A stretch of DNA of 64,000 nt from Pachysolen tannophilus NRRL Y-2460. Taxonomy: Eukaryota. A program made the position numbers and the translations under genes. The stretch covers positions 124,001-188,000 of the forward strand of contig KV454012.1 in NCBI GenBank assembly GCA_001661245.1, given 5' to 3'. The notes under the pieces are model-generated. The model was not told the DNA's origin, searched no databases, and was given only the letters and a program-made list of their open reading frames with translations. Of this stretch, positions 1 to 11,465 are shown one piece after another; the stretch's first letter is position 1, and each line of letters begins with the position of its first letter.

Positions 1-791
1 TCATCCTCAATACTCTCTTTAATAATATCCAAACCACCTTGAAATGTTCCATTTATGTACAATTGTGGGAAAGTTGGCCAATCACTAAATTTTTTCAATC
101 CTTGTCTAACTCCATCATCTTTCAATATATCAAAGAAACCAAATCTAACTTGGTTTTCTCTTAATATTGCAACCAACTGTCTAGAAAATCCACATTGAGG
201 AGATGCAGGTGTACCTTTCATGAATAACATAACAGGTGCTGCAGAAGTTAATTTTTTCAATCTTTCATTTAATTTTTCTTCTGATTCTGATTCTGATTCT
301 GCATCTTGATTTTGTTGTTGTGCATTAACACTATTGATTTTTTGTGATTGAAATTGTGTTTGCCCTATTGAGGAGTTACCGTTACCATTACCAGCATTTG
401 AGGTGGATGTAGAGGATGAATTTATGGCAGCAGCTCCCGGAGCTCCTGATGGATATGAGGTCGACTGTTCTTGGAACTGGTTCAACGAGGTGATGAATTC
501 TTTTGGATCCGCTCCAGATAATTCTTTTAATATAGTACCATTTTGAATCAATACAAAAAATGGAACTGCACTAACATCAAATATTTCCGATATCTGTGGA
601 TGGTCTTCTGCATTAATTGAAATAAATACAGTTGAAGGATTAGCTTCAGCTAAAGTTGTATAAACAGTATTCATCTGAACACAAGGTGAAGCCCATGGTG
701 TATGAAAATATAAAGCAATCAATTGTTTCGGATCCGATTGTGAAGTTAACTCTGTAAACTGTTCCTCTGATCTTATTTCAATAACAGACAT
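1..791 (-). CDS. GRX4: Monothiol glutaredoxin with N-terminal thioredoxin-like domain (Grx3/Grx4), 3' end runs off the window
   Basis: Not in ORF track. Reverse strand from ATG at 791 reads MSVIEIRSEEQF..., with WASPC, LFMKGTPASPQCGFSR and WPTFPQLYINGTFQGGLDII. Confidence 0.93.
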   Translation of the reverse strand, partial: MSVIEIRSEEQFTELTSQSDPKQLIALYFHTPWASPCVQMNTVYTTLAEANPSTVFISINAEDHPQISEIFDVSAVPFFVLIQNGTILKELSGADPKEFITSLNQFQEQSTSYPSGAPGAAAINSSSTSTSNAGNGNGNSSIGQTQFQSQKINSVNAQQQNQDAESESESEEKLNERLKKLTSAAPVMLFMKGTPASPQCGFSRQLVAILRENQVRFGFFDILKDDGVRQGLKKFSDWPTFPQLYINGTFQGGLDIIKESIED

Positions 792-1510
792 TCTTTACTT
801 TTTTTTTTGAATCCGCTGATTTTTATAATGATACAAGAAAAAAAAATTTTTTTTCTCTTTATAAAATCCTGAATTATATTTATCGGATATAAATTTGCAA
901 AGAATAAGTTTACTTAATTATCGATTATAAATATATATATATATATATATATGGATGGATTTGATAATTTTTATTTGGTAATAACATGTAAAATAGCAGC
1001 GCAAGTCACATGACTTTTTTTGGGTATGATTACTTTCGGAAAATTTTTATTCGCAATTTCCTTTTTGGGAGTATCTGGCTAGTACCGCACTACCGTGGGG
1101 CAAAAAAAAATAAAAAAAACATTCCCAAAACAAAGGGGCTGTCTATATTTAGGGGCTAATTGGAAGAAGGGGCTAAGAAGAAAAAAAAGAAACCTTCCAT
1201 GATCAGCATTTCACGCACTACCCTTATTTTTGGTTTGGCTCGTATTGCACTACCTGAAACTGGATCAAATAAAAAAAAAAAAAAAAAATTATTTTAAGAT
1301 TCCCTATCAGAGAGATTAGTACTGCCATATTGTGCATATTCTTGCATTATTCTATATAATCAAACCGCTAGACACTAATCTAAAGTAGACTAAACTCATC
1401 AAGTTCACGAATTGATAATTTAAAAATACGATTGATCGTAAGCTGAATATAACAAGATGTATTGGGCAGCACTGATAAATACGTTTATGTATATATGATA
1501 TGATATGTAT

Positions 1511-1513
<3 letters not shown>

Positions 1514-1565
<52 letters not shown>

Positions 1566-1569
1566 ATAT
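1514..1569. repeat. (TA)n microsatellite
   Basis: Long, slightly interrupted TA run upstream of the 1644 ORF. Confidence 0.9.
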
Positions 1570-1643
1570 CATATGGTGGTTGAAGAAGGAATTGAGATTC
1601 TTTTAATTTTAAGTTAATCAAAGTTCTCTCTTTGGTGGGCAGG

Positions 1644-2573
1644 ATGATTAAGAAATTATTCAAAGTTTTCAACAAGAGAGGTAGTGTTGACGGGAGTAGT
1701 TCTAGAACATTTGGGGATTTTACCAATGGTTCTTTTGATATTGATGAAATATCAATACTGGCACTGGAAGAATTTGAATCTGCTCAAATCATTTGGAATT
1801 TTGAAGATAATTTTTCATTTTCAAATTTAAATGAGACAAGGCATTTGGATGAAGAATATTTTGAAAATTTACCCTTTTTCGAAGAGGAGTATAAGGAGGG
1901 GCAATTTGAAAATAATGATTATGAAGGGAGTTTAAAATTTTCAAATCATTTTTTAAACATTGATAATTTAAATTTTGAAAAAAATGATAATGATGATGAT
2001 GATTTGGAACAAAAATTGAAAAGATCAGCTTTAGAAAAATTGGAAATGGATCCATTGGATGTTGATCCAATTATTTTTGATGATGTTTCTGGTACAAAAA
2101 ATTGTCACCTCATACTGAGAAATCCAACACAGTTATGGGGTTTGAAAACTATTGCAGAAGAAGCATCGGTAAACTCAAAAGAAGAATCACATTTCCAACA
2201 GGAGCCCCAACAGGAACCTGATCTGCGACTGCAACTGCAACTGCAATTGCAACGGGAACCCCAATTGCAACCTGATTTAACTATTTCATATAGCGATTCC
2301 AGCAGCTGGCATACAGGGGATGAAGACAATTCCACAGACAAATTCATTAAAATATTAGGCTACAGTGAAAGTAATACAAGTCTTAGCAGTTCAGAGATTT
2401 TAAAATGTTTTAATAAAAGTACAGAAGCACCCACTTCCATATGCTCATCTAATTACTCTACAACTAGTACAAATAGTAGTACCTGCAGCGATGACTCTAC
2501 AAGTATAGAAAGTCAATCAAAACCAGTAACAATAACAAAACCACGAACAAAAGTTAAGCTAATACAATTATAG
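1644..2573 (+). CDS. Hypothetical acidic, Ser/Thr-rich protein
   Basis: 309-codon ORF from the first ATG (1644); no recognisable domain. Confidence 0.65.
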   Translation: MIKKLFKVFNKRGSVDGSSSRTFGDFTNGSFDIDEISILALEEFESAQIIWNFEDNFSFSNLNETRHLDEEYFENLPFFEEEYKEGQFENNDYEGSLKFSNHFLNIDNLNFEKNDNDDDDLEQKLKRSALEKLEMDPLDVDPIIFDDVSGTKNCHLILRNPTQLWGLKTIAEEASVNSKEESHFQQEPQQEPDLRLQLQLQLQREPQLQPDLTISYSDSSSWHTGDEDNSTDKFIKILGYSESNTSLSSSEILKCFNKSTEAPTSICSSNYSTTSTNSSTCSDDSTSIESQSKPVTITKPRTKVKLIQL

Positions 2574-3130
2574 CTCCATTATGGTGGAAAATGAAAATAT
2601 AAAAAAATAAAAAAAAAAAAAAAAAAAAAAGAAATATTCCCCTCCCCCTCCTTTCCCCAGCTTTTTATCTTTTTTATCTTCCAACAATGAATTAATCCTA
2701 ACTCATTAACCAAACGATCATTGCTCATCTTCAATCGTATTCGTTCTCGTTGTCATTGTCGATCACATTATTCATTCATTCGTTCTGATAAAGTGAAAAA
2801 TTATTCCATATATTATATATTTTAAAGCCTCGGATTTAAAAAAAATTTCATCTTTTTTTTTCATGATTTTTTTAATAGCCGAGGTTCAATTCATTTACTA
2901 GTTAAATATATCATATTGAACAGAAAGACGATAATCCTCGGTGAATTGACTAAATGAAGTGTTTGTTTTAATCTTTGTATGCATGTGCGTGTCATAGATT
3001 GATGAATATCATATATATATATATATATATATTTAATTGTTTTATATAATTCTAATAAGTAAACTAATTTTATTACCTTTTTTTTTCATTTCTTTTAAGG
3101 AAATATTTTTTAAATTTTAAGATTTGAATA

Positions 3131-5176
3131 ATGTCAGGTAATAATGGAAATGATAAAAAAAAGATAAATTTGGATGATAAGGTTGATGTTGAAAAATTTA
3201 ATCGTAGTATATTTGCTTCTTCTCCCTTAGCTCTGAATGAAGAAGATCATCAAGATGTTTCTTCAGGAAATCATACATCTGAAAGTTTAAACACGTATGC
3301 TACTCCAAGAGAGTATATGGATGATGAAGATGAAGATGATGATGAAGAAGAAGAAGAAGATTATAAAGGGCGGGATGATCTTACTGATAGAATAAGTGGA
3401 GACCCAAAGACTTTCCCAGATCCTTCTTCAAATATATCGTTACATAGTGATTCAAGACGTCTTAGTGTTCAAGTAGATGAAACTGATGCAGATGATGAAG
3501 GTGCACAACTGGCAGCAGAAACTGAAAGTGCATTATATAAATTGGAATTACAAAGAACATTATCCCAATTCAGTAAACATAGTATTCATAAAGATGAAGA
3601 AATTCAAGAAAATGAAATGGATGATGGTGTAAATTTTGAAGATTTAGATTGGGATGGTCCTGATGATAAAGATAATCCAAAGAATTGGTCATTAACTAAA
3701 AGATGGTTTGTTACAATGGTGGCAGCAGGTGTATGTTTAGTAGTAACATTTGGTTCATCATTATACGTTTCAGGTGTACCTGATTTAGAATTAAAAATGT
3801 TAATTTCTGAAGAATTAGGACTTTCTGGTTTAACTTTTTATTTGGTAGGTTTAGCCCTTGGACCTGTAATTGGTGCTCCATTATCTGAATTATTTGGTAG
3901 AAAAATTGTTTATGTAATTTCATTACCAATTTCAATGTTATTTATAATGGGTGTTGGTTTATCCAATAATATACAATCTATATTAGTTTTAAGATATTTT
4001 TCAGGTTTTTTTGCATCTCCAGCAATGGCAATTGCCGCTGGTACAATTTCAGACATTTGGAACCCTGATTTATTAGGTTTAGCAATGAGTACTTTTTGTT
4101 TAGCTCCATTTTTAGGTCCTGTATTGGGTCCAGTTATTGGATTATTTGTTGCTGAGAAAAAAGGTTGGAAATGGACACTTTGGGTTAATTTAATGGCTGC
4201 TGGTGCAATTTTACCTTTGACCCTATTAGCAGATGAAACTTATAAACCAACAATTATAAGAAGAAGAGCTAAAAAGAGAGGAATTAAAATTAAAAAACCG
4301 GATATTACACCATTCCAATTTCTTAAAGTTGTTCTTTCTATTACATTATTTAGACCTCTTCAAATGTTGGTTTCTGAACCAATTGTTATGGTTTTTTCCA
4401 TATATATTGCATTTGTCTTTGCAGTATTATTTGGTTTTTTTGAAGCATATCCTGTTATTTTTAGAGGTACATATGGAATGAATTTAGGTGTTTCTGGTCT
4501 TCCATTTTTAGGTATTGGTATAGGTTTAAACCTAGGTGCTCTGTTTTTCATCTATTTAGATAGATTTTATTTCTTGAAAAAAAGACCAGATGGTACTCGT
4601 GGTATGACTGATAAGAATGGTCAGCCATTACCTCCAACTCCGGAATCAAGGTTACTCATTTGTAAAATTGGATCTGTGATATTACCAATTTCTTTATTTT
4701 GGTTAGGTTGGACTTCTAGAACTTCTGTCCAATGGATGGCTCCAATTGCTGCAGGTGTTCCATTTGGATTCTCATTAATCTTAATTTTCTTTACAGTTGT
4801 ATTATATTTTTCAATGAGTTATCCACCACTATCAGTAGCAAGTGCAATGGCAGCAAATAACTTATTAAGATACGTTGTTGGATCTGTTTTCCCATTATTT
4901 ACAGTTCAAATGTATGAGAATTTAGGAAATGGTTGGGCAACTTCTATTTTAGCTTTCATTGCTTTAGCCATGGTTCCAGTTCCTTGGATTTTTGAAAGAT
5001 ACGGTCCTACATTGAGATCTAAATCTAAATTTGGATTCGAAGTATTGAAAAGAGAATTACTGGAAGAAAGAACCAAAGAAGCAGCAACAACAGCGACAAG
5101 TGCTGTAAATGAAGTTTCCGGATCATCGAAAGAGGTTTGTGCTTCTGATGACAGTGATATCAAACAAGATGTTTGA
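3131..5176 (+). CDS. TPO4: DHA1-family MFS polyamine/drug:H+ antiporter, Tpo4-like
   Basis: DWDGPDDKDNPKNW, CLVVTFGSSLYVS, APLSELFGRK and PESRL motifs; about 12 TM segments. Confidence 0.88.
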   Translation: MSGNNGNDKKKINLDDKVDVEKFNRSIFASSPLALNEEDHQDVSSGNHTSESLNTYATPREYMDDEDEDDDEEEEEDYKGRDDLTDRISGDPKTFPDPSSNISLHSDSRRLSVQVDETDADDEGAQLAAETESALYKLELQRTLSQFSKHSIHKDEEIQENEMDDGVNFEDLDWDGPDDKDNPKNWSLTKRWFVTMVAAGVCLVVTFGSSLYVSGVPDLELKMLISEELGLSGLTFYLVGLALGPVIGAPLSELFGRKIVYVISLPISMLFIMGVGLSNNIQSILVLRYFSGFFASPAMAIAAGTISDIWNPDLLGLAMSTFCLAPFLGPVLGPVIGLFVAEKKGWKWTLWVNLMAAGAILPLTLLADETYKPTIIRRRAKKRGIKIKKPDITPFQFLKVVLSITLFRPLQMLVSEPIVMVFSIYIAFVFAVLFGFFEAYPVIFRGTYGMNLGVSGLPFLGIGIGLNLGALFFIYLDRFYFLKKRPDGTRGMTDKNGQPLPPTPESRLLICKIGSVILPISLFWLGWTSRTSVQWMAPIAAGVPFGFSLILIFFTVVLYFSMSYPPLSVASAMAANNLLRYVVGSVFPLFTVQMYENLGNGWATSILAFIALAMVPVPWIFERYGPTLRSKSKFGFEVLKRELLEERTKEAATTATSAVNEVSGSSKEVCASDDSDIKQDV

Positions 5177-5608
5177 AAATAAAAAAAAAAACATATACAT
5201 ATATAAAAACAAAAAAAGAAAAAACACAAGCTGGAACTCAGGCTCTTATGTTTCCGTTAAATTGAGTTAGTTTATTCTGTCTACTTTTATCAATACCACT
5301 ATATACCACTATCATGATAGTAAAACTACTTAAAACGGTCATCTTTATGGAGTTTGTCGTAATGCATTATTGTATTTTAGTGTTGAAAATTCTTTCATTA
5401 AAATTCTTTTTTTTTCAAATTCATTTTCCGCTTTTACTCACATTTTAAAATTCATGATTAATTATCAAAAAAATAAAATAATCAAATTTAGGGCATTGGT
5501 GTAAAGATTCTGTCTGTAGTTTGTCTCTGTAGTTGTCTATATCTTAGTACTACATAAAGCGTTAAGAAATATATGTATTTATATATATATAGTGTATATA
5601 AAAAAAAT

Positions 5609-5680
5609 TGCCATCCCCGGGAATCGAACCTGGGTTTCCTCGGCCACAACGAGGTGTACTTACCACTATACTAGGATGGC
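5609..5680 (-). tRNA. tRNA-His (GUG)
   Basis: Reverse complement GCCATCC...TAGTATAGTGG...CCTCG-TTGTGGC-CGAGG...GGTTCGATTCC...GGATGGCA folds as a cloverleaf and is followed by a T-run Pol III terminator. Confidence 0.97.
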
Positions 5681-6051
5681 ATAAGAGGTGAATTTGCGTC
5701 GCTCTGTCCTCAGTTAAATGAATGTATCCAGGGAAAAAAAATTACTATGAAGTAGTATTACTTACGGCTTTCTTAATGAATATACCACTTCTACAAAATG
5801 TAATAAGTAACTCATCAACGTTTTATTATTATAAATAATAAATAATAAATATTAAATAAAAGGAAATACTGATCATTATATCTAGTTAAACCGAATGTGA
5901 ATGAAAAATAAGAAAAATAAATAAAATAAAAAAAAAAATTAAATAACCAATAATAAATATTTTCCACCTCTTTGATGGAGATGAGAAATAATCGTAATCA
6001 TCATAACAAAAAACTAAACAAAAAAGCTCTTATTAACCAATATCGTAATAG

Positions 6052-8340
6052 CTAATATTCGCTTAAGCGTAATTTTTGAGAAACTCTGCTTCCATTTGAG
6101 ATTGGCTCTGGAGAAGCACCTCTAGATTTGATCAAATCGGAATTGTTACCAACTTCATAATTACCGATTTCATAACCTCCAAAAAGTTTTGATAGGCTAC
6201 CTTCTTTCTTTAAAACATTACTTAACCCCGTGTTATTGGAAGCATTTGTTGTATAAAATGGATTAGGTACTTCAACAAACCGATTATCTAAACGATAATT
6301 ACTCAAGTCTTTCGATATATTTTGAATATGACCATCTGTAGTAGATGTTGTAGCAGTTGTGTTCATGGCAGGTTTTGGTTCTACCTCTTTTATTAATGAG
6401 GCAACATAAATTTGCTCAATTTCAAGTAAATATGTATTCAATGTATCTAAAAATCTCTTTGTTTGACGGTGCTTTGAAGATGCACATATAGAAATCGAAT
6501 CATCTTTTATAATATAACCAATACCAAATCCATTTTGAGAAACAGGACCAAATCCAAATAATTTCAACGATGGATTACCACAATTTGAAGTAGATAATAT
6601 AGTATTATTTAATTTGTCCCAACCACTATCTGCAAAAATTGATGGTAGTTCTTTTAATTCTTTTTTCAAATTATCACCATTACTATCAACAAAAGTTGTA
6701 TCAGATTTTAAATCAATGTTTTCAGTACTAGAATTATTTGAAGATGATAAATCTCCACTAAAATATCTTTCCCAAATACAGAAAAGGGCATATAAATGTC
6801 TATCTTGACCTAAACCTTTTGAACATTGTCTTGTTCTTGCACTATGTGCTTGACATGCAGTTTTCAAATATTTAATTTTTTCACTTGGTGAAATATCTTT
6901 GAAAAAATTAGTTACAAAATCAATTGATTCTAAAGATACTGTTCTAATTGCTTCTGTTCTACCATGTAAAAATTGTTTTGTCATTGCTGGTTCATAAGTA
7001 CATTCAACTTTACCATAGAGTGCATAATAACTAGCTTGAAATCCCATTTGTACAAATGCATCTGGTGAAAATCCCATTTTTTTAATTCTTTCCATTCCAA
7101 AATTTGTAAATTCAATTGCAGCAAATTCATTTTGATGAATCAAATCAGATAATCTTGTTTCTGCAAATCTTAAGCTTAAGGACAATTCATTTGTTAAATT
7201 CCATTCCAATTTTCTTGGAGTTGTTGCAACAATACCAAAACTTTTTGGATCACGTTGAGTTGGATCTGGTGATACTGAAGCCCATAAAGAAGGGGAATTT
7301 TGATTAATAGTTTTAGCAAATCTTAAAATCGAATCAGTATAAATATCAGAAGCAAATCTTAATACTGTATGACCATCAACACCTGTATGTTCAAAATTAA
7401 TACCAGCTTTTGCATTTTTAGTAACTATAATTTGTAATTTATCATACCATCTATTTGTACAAGTACCAACTTGAATACCATCTTCTAAAAAAGAAGTACC
7501 ACAAAGATAATTTTTTGCTAAATGTTTTAAATCTTCAGTTATAACATCATCAAGGCATACTATAAATAATGCATTATCAATAATTTTTAAAATTTCATTA
7601 TTAATTTCATCTTCCTGTATAATATTTCTTAAATTTGCCCATACTCTTCTATTTTCAGTTGTTAAAACACCAAAACTAGATTTTGCAACTTCTATATTAT
7701 TTTTTGATTCTGAATCATCTAAGATAGTTTGATAATTTAATTTTATATCATTTTCAGTTAATATTAAATCATTATTATTATCTAATACATCAAACCAATA
7801 AAATTGAGATTTAGACAATATAACAATATGATGACTTTGCAGATCAGTTTGTAAAATACAACCTGTAGAAGATGGAATTCTAGCAGAACCAAATAATTTT
7901 GGATATTGATCCATATCTAATGGAGTACCATTTTTCAATTTATCAACAGGTAATTCATTTCTTCTTAATGCTCTAATAAATCTTAAACTTGAAGTTGTTA
8001 AACTAGCCGCCCTTGAAATTTGAGTACTTTGTAAAGGTGTTGGATCATCTTCTAATAATATAAAAGGATTTAAATTTAAAACCACTGGTGAATCATAATT
8101 TAAATATGAATCAAACCAAAATTGTTCAATATATGAATCTCTTGTATTTGCATAATTTCTTAATTGTTCATCTAATTTTGGTCCAGTTGTTTTTAAAAAA
8201 AGTTCAACCGCCCCTACTGTTCTATTATATTCATCCTCTGTTTGTAAAGGTTTTAAAACTTCTAAATAATTTTTACAAGTTTGTGATAATTCTGGAATTG
8301 GTAATTTTGGTAACTGTTTTTGATATTGAAATGTTGACAT
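6052..8340 (-). CDS. YAT1: Carnitine acetyltransferase, Yat1-type
   Basis: LPKLPIP, SYIEQFWFDSYL, NRWYDK, catalytic FEHTGVDG, GRTE, LSTS and GFGPV motifs. Likely start is MSTFQYQ at 8340. Confidence 0.92.
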   Translation of the reverse strand: MSTFQYQKQLPKLPIPELSQTCKNYLEVLKPLQTEDEYNRTVGAVELFLKTTGPKLDEQLRNYANTRDSYIEQFWFDSYLNYDSPVVLNLNPFILLEDDPTPLQSTQISRAASLTTSSLRFIRALRRNELPVDKLKNGTPLDMDQYPKLFGSARIPSSTGCILQTDLQSHHIVILSKSQFYWFDVLDNNNDLILTENDIKLNYQTILDDSESKNNIEVAKSSFGVLTTENRRVWANLRNIIQEDEINNEILKIIDNALFIVCLDDVITEDLKHLAKNYLCGTSFLEDGIQVGTCTNRWYDKLQIIVTKNAKAGINFEHTGVDGHTVLRFASDIYTDSILRFAKTINQNSPSLWASVSPDPTQRDPKSFGIVATTPRKLEWNLTNELSLSLRFAETRLSDLIHQNEFAAIEFTNFGMERIKKMGFSPDAFVQMGFQASYYALYGKVECTYEPAMTKQFLHGRTEAIRTVSLESIDFVTNFFKDISPSEKIKYLKTACQAHSARTRQCSKGLGQDRHLYALFCIWERYFSGDLSSSNNSSTENIDLKSDTTFVDSNGDNLKKELKELPSIFADSGWDKLNNTILSTSNCGNPSLKLFGFGPVSQNGFGIGYIIKDDSISICASSKHRQTKRFLDTLNTYLLEIEQIYVASLIKEVEPKPAMNTTATTSTTDGHIQNISKDLSNYRLDNRFVEVPNPFYTTNASNNTGLSNVLKKEGSLSKLFGGYEIGNYEVGNNSDLIKSRGASPEPISNGSRVSQKLRLSEY

Positions 8341-8459
8341 ATTAATAAAGTTAAAAACATTAAAACATGAAAACAAAAACTAGAGGGGAATTCTAATTTT
8401 TTTTTTTTTTAATTTAATAATAATAAAGAAGAAAAAAAAAAACAACAACTTTTAAACTA

Positions 8460-8498
<39 letters not shown>

Positions 8499-9096
8499 CA
8501 TGGTGGATATGTTTTTATCATCATTATATGTACAACGAAGTATTAATTATTATGGTTTTTCTTTATAATTCTTACTCCATATAACCTTTGAATATTATAA
8601 ATTTTGAGCTTTGAAACTGATGCATACTTTCGCGCTAATCACAATTAAGTCATTAATCATCTATTTAAATTATAGAAACTGGTAATAGATATGTCCATAT
8701 TTAAAAGTTAGAGTCAGAAATGATTAAAAGTTCCCTTTTGTAAGTGACCCGTACTCCGCAATTTACACCATTTTTTTTGGGGTAAATTGTCCCTTTAACC
8801 GGTGCAAAAAAAAAAAAAAAAAAAAAAAAATTGTTACATCATAGAAGAGCAACTTTAACGTGTAAATAAATATTAAAAGATAAAAAAAAAAATGAATTGT
8901 TTCTGCCAATTGGGGTTTTATTTTTTTTTTTCATAATATCATAAAATAGGGGTTTCCTCTTTAAGTGAGTTGCTGGATAAGTACACTACTTTTGTTGGAA
9001 AGGCGTAACCAAGTTTACACTATGAATTGTTCTCAAAATTACTTACTTACTGTGGCTTGATGATGAACTACAAGCTGAACTTCCCACTGAACTGCC

Positions 9097-9129
9097 CGTA
9101 AAGTTAGCGCAAAGTTGGCGTAAAGTTGG
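9097..9129 (+). repeat. 11-bp tandem repeat x3 (CGYAAAGTTRG) in the YAT1/GRE2 intergenic region
   Basis: cgtaaagttag-cgcaaagttgg-cgtaaagttgg. Confidence 0.85.
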
Positions 9130-9532
9130 CAAGAATTTAAACATACTAGAAACCTTTTAATTAATGAGTTCCCGTTTCCAAATGAATTTTCACTTATCTC
9201 CTTTTATAAGCCGATATGATAAGTAATCAATGGATTCATTTGTAATCATATTTATTTGTAAATTTAATTTAAATGTAGTTGTTTAATAATATCTTAGTAG
9301 TGGTTTTCATTTGGTTTGGGTTTTGGTACACTTTTCTATTGAAAAGTTTATATACTTTCAACATATTTTCTCTGCTTACAAATATTATTATAAATTATAC
9401 AAAAGTTAAACCTATATAAATTTGAATATGTATACTTTCAAAATAGTTTGTACAATTTAATTTTTTTCAAAAACATTTACATTTAAACATTTATTTTATT
9501 TTTTTTTTTTTTTTGTTGTTGTTGTTGTGGAA

Positions 9533-10594
9533 ATGTCTTTATCAAATACTGTTTTGGTTACTGGAGCTTCTGGTTTTATTGCTCTTCACGTAATTGATCT
9601 CTTATTATCTAAAAATTATCTGGTTATTGGTACTGCTAGAACTCAAGAAAAAGCTGATTCTATTGTAAGCAGATTTAAAATTAAATATCCTAATGCAAAT
9701 ATTAAAGTTGTTATAGTTAAAGATATTTCAATTCCAAATGCTTTTGATGATATTTTTAAATCAGATAAAGATATTAAATTTGTTATACATGTTGCTAGTC
9801 CAGTTGATTTTACTGTAAAAGGTGATTTTGAAGAAAATTTTTTAAAACCTGCTGTTAATGGTACTTTGAATATATTAAATGGTATCAAAAATTTTGCTCC
9901 ACAAGTAACTAAACTTGTTATAACTTCTTCATTGGCTGCTATTGCTGATCTTACTAGAACTAACGATAAATCATTTATTTGTTCTGAAAAAGATTGGAAT
10001 CCATTTACTTGGGAACAATCAAAGGGTAATATTTTAAGTGCTTACGCAGGATCAAAAAAATTTGCAGAAAAAGCTGCTTGGGATTTCTTAAAAAATGAAA
10101 ACCCAAATTTTACCTTAACCACTGTTACACCACCTTATGTTTTTGGTCCTCAAGTTTTTCAAGAAGCAACAGAAAAACCAAATGGAAGCTCAAAGGTTAT
10201 ATTCGAATTGTTTAAAAAAAAAGATAACCAAACTGATCCAGACGCTTTTAAAGATCCTAATGCTCTATCTGTAGATGTCAGAGATATTGCATTATTACAT
10301 GTCTTAGCAATTGAAAATGATTACGCAAACAAAAGATTATTTGCTGTTCAAGGTAAATTCTCAGGCCAAGAAATATTAAATTTAATTAATGAACATTTCC
10401 CAGAATTAAAAGGAAAAATCCCAAAAGGTGTTCCAAATGCTGTTGAAGATCATCATGATCACACTTTTGGATACAATTGTGACCTGACCCTCAAACTAAC
10501 TGGTATCAAACTCATTTCTTTGGAAAAAACTGTTACTGATGTCGTTCAACAGGTTTTGGATTATCAGAAAAAGACAGGTAAACAAATTATTTAA
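9533..10594 (+). CDS. GRE2: NADPH-dependent methylglyoxal/aldehyde reductase (extended SDR, Gre2-like), copy 1
   Basis: VLVTGASGFIA, HVASP, TSS, YAGSK, VDVRDIA. ATG at 9533. Confidence 0.88.
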   Translation: MSLSNTVLVTGASGFIALHVIDLLLSKNYLVIGTARTQEKADSIVSRFKIKYPNANIKVVIVKDISIPNAFDDIFKSDKDIKFVIHVASPVDFTVKGDFEENFLKPAVNGTLNILNGIKNFAPQVTKLVITSSLAAIADLTRTNDKSFICSEKDWNPFTWEQSKGNILSAYAGSKKFAEKAAWDFLKNENPNFTLTTVTPPYVFGPQVFQEATEKPNGSSKVIFELFKKKDNQTDPDAFKDPNALSVDVRDIALLHVLAIENDYANKRLFAVQGKFSGQEILNLINEHFPELKGKIPKGVPNAVEDHHDHTFGYNCDLTLKLTGIKLISLEKTVTDVVQQVLDYQKKTGKQII

Positions 10595-11465
10595 GCCATT
10601 TTTGAATTGGTTTATAGTAAAATTATGCACCGTAACCCGTGCGGCTCATGGTGTGTTTTTCGTTTTTTTTTTTCCTTTTTTTCTTTAATAAAAAGCTGTT
10701 TCTCACTTAAAAAGTGAACCGTTAACATTATATAACATTAGTAGTACTATTGCTTATATTCACATGGCAAGTGGATTCGTTCGTAGATCTGATCTGCGTA
10801 AAGTTGTAGTAGTTTTACCTTTTTATGATGAATTATGTAGCTTGCAGTATCTTCCCCCTTAGGCAAAAAGAAAGAAAACTAGATTTTTTTTTTGCTAATT
10901 TAATTTCTATTTGTTTAACGAGTTTCAAATTTAAATAAACAGCCAGGTATCTTACCAGTCACTGCTCTATCAATTGCTACTTTATATCTCTTCCTCAAGA
11001 GAACATACTTGAAACATCCTCAAAGCAATAAATCAAACTAGTTTATAGAAACATTTGTGGTCTTTAAAATTTATTTCCTTTTTTTGAAATTGTTCTATAC
11101 CATACTACCAGAACATTGTAAGCAGGAAACTGACTCTCCGGATTACTAACTTTTATCGCAGTAGCAAGAAGTAATATTTCTTATGTGCAATTCCTATGGT
11201 ATAAATTAAGTAATTGTTTATTTCCGTTAAATTTCCTTTGATGCCATTTGTAGCTGAAGCACTCGTACAAAGTGCTGGCATCTATAGTGAACGATGTATT
11301 TTTTTTGAACATATTTGACTTGATCTCTGCTTACAAATCCAGTTATGGTTCACAGCTGTATGATGTTAAATAATTCACTCAAATAATTGAACATGTATTT
11401 ATTCTCACGCTTCCTCGTCTTTTTTTTTTTTTGATATTTGATCTATTCATTGTTTTTTTGTGGAA

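Noticed and set aside
1352..1726. 124-aa minus-strand ORF
   Set aside because: Runs through the TA microsatellite (IYIYIY) and is antisense to the 1644 ORF.
9059..9090. C/D snoRNA-like ATGATGA...CTGA
   Set aside because: Box spacing is too short, with no terminal stem or recognisable rRNA guide.
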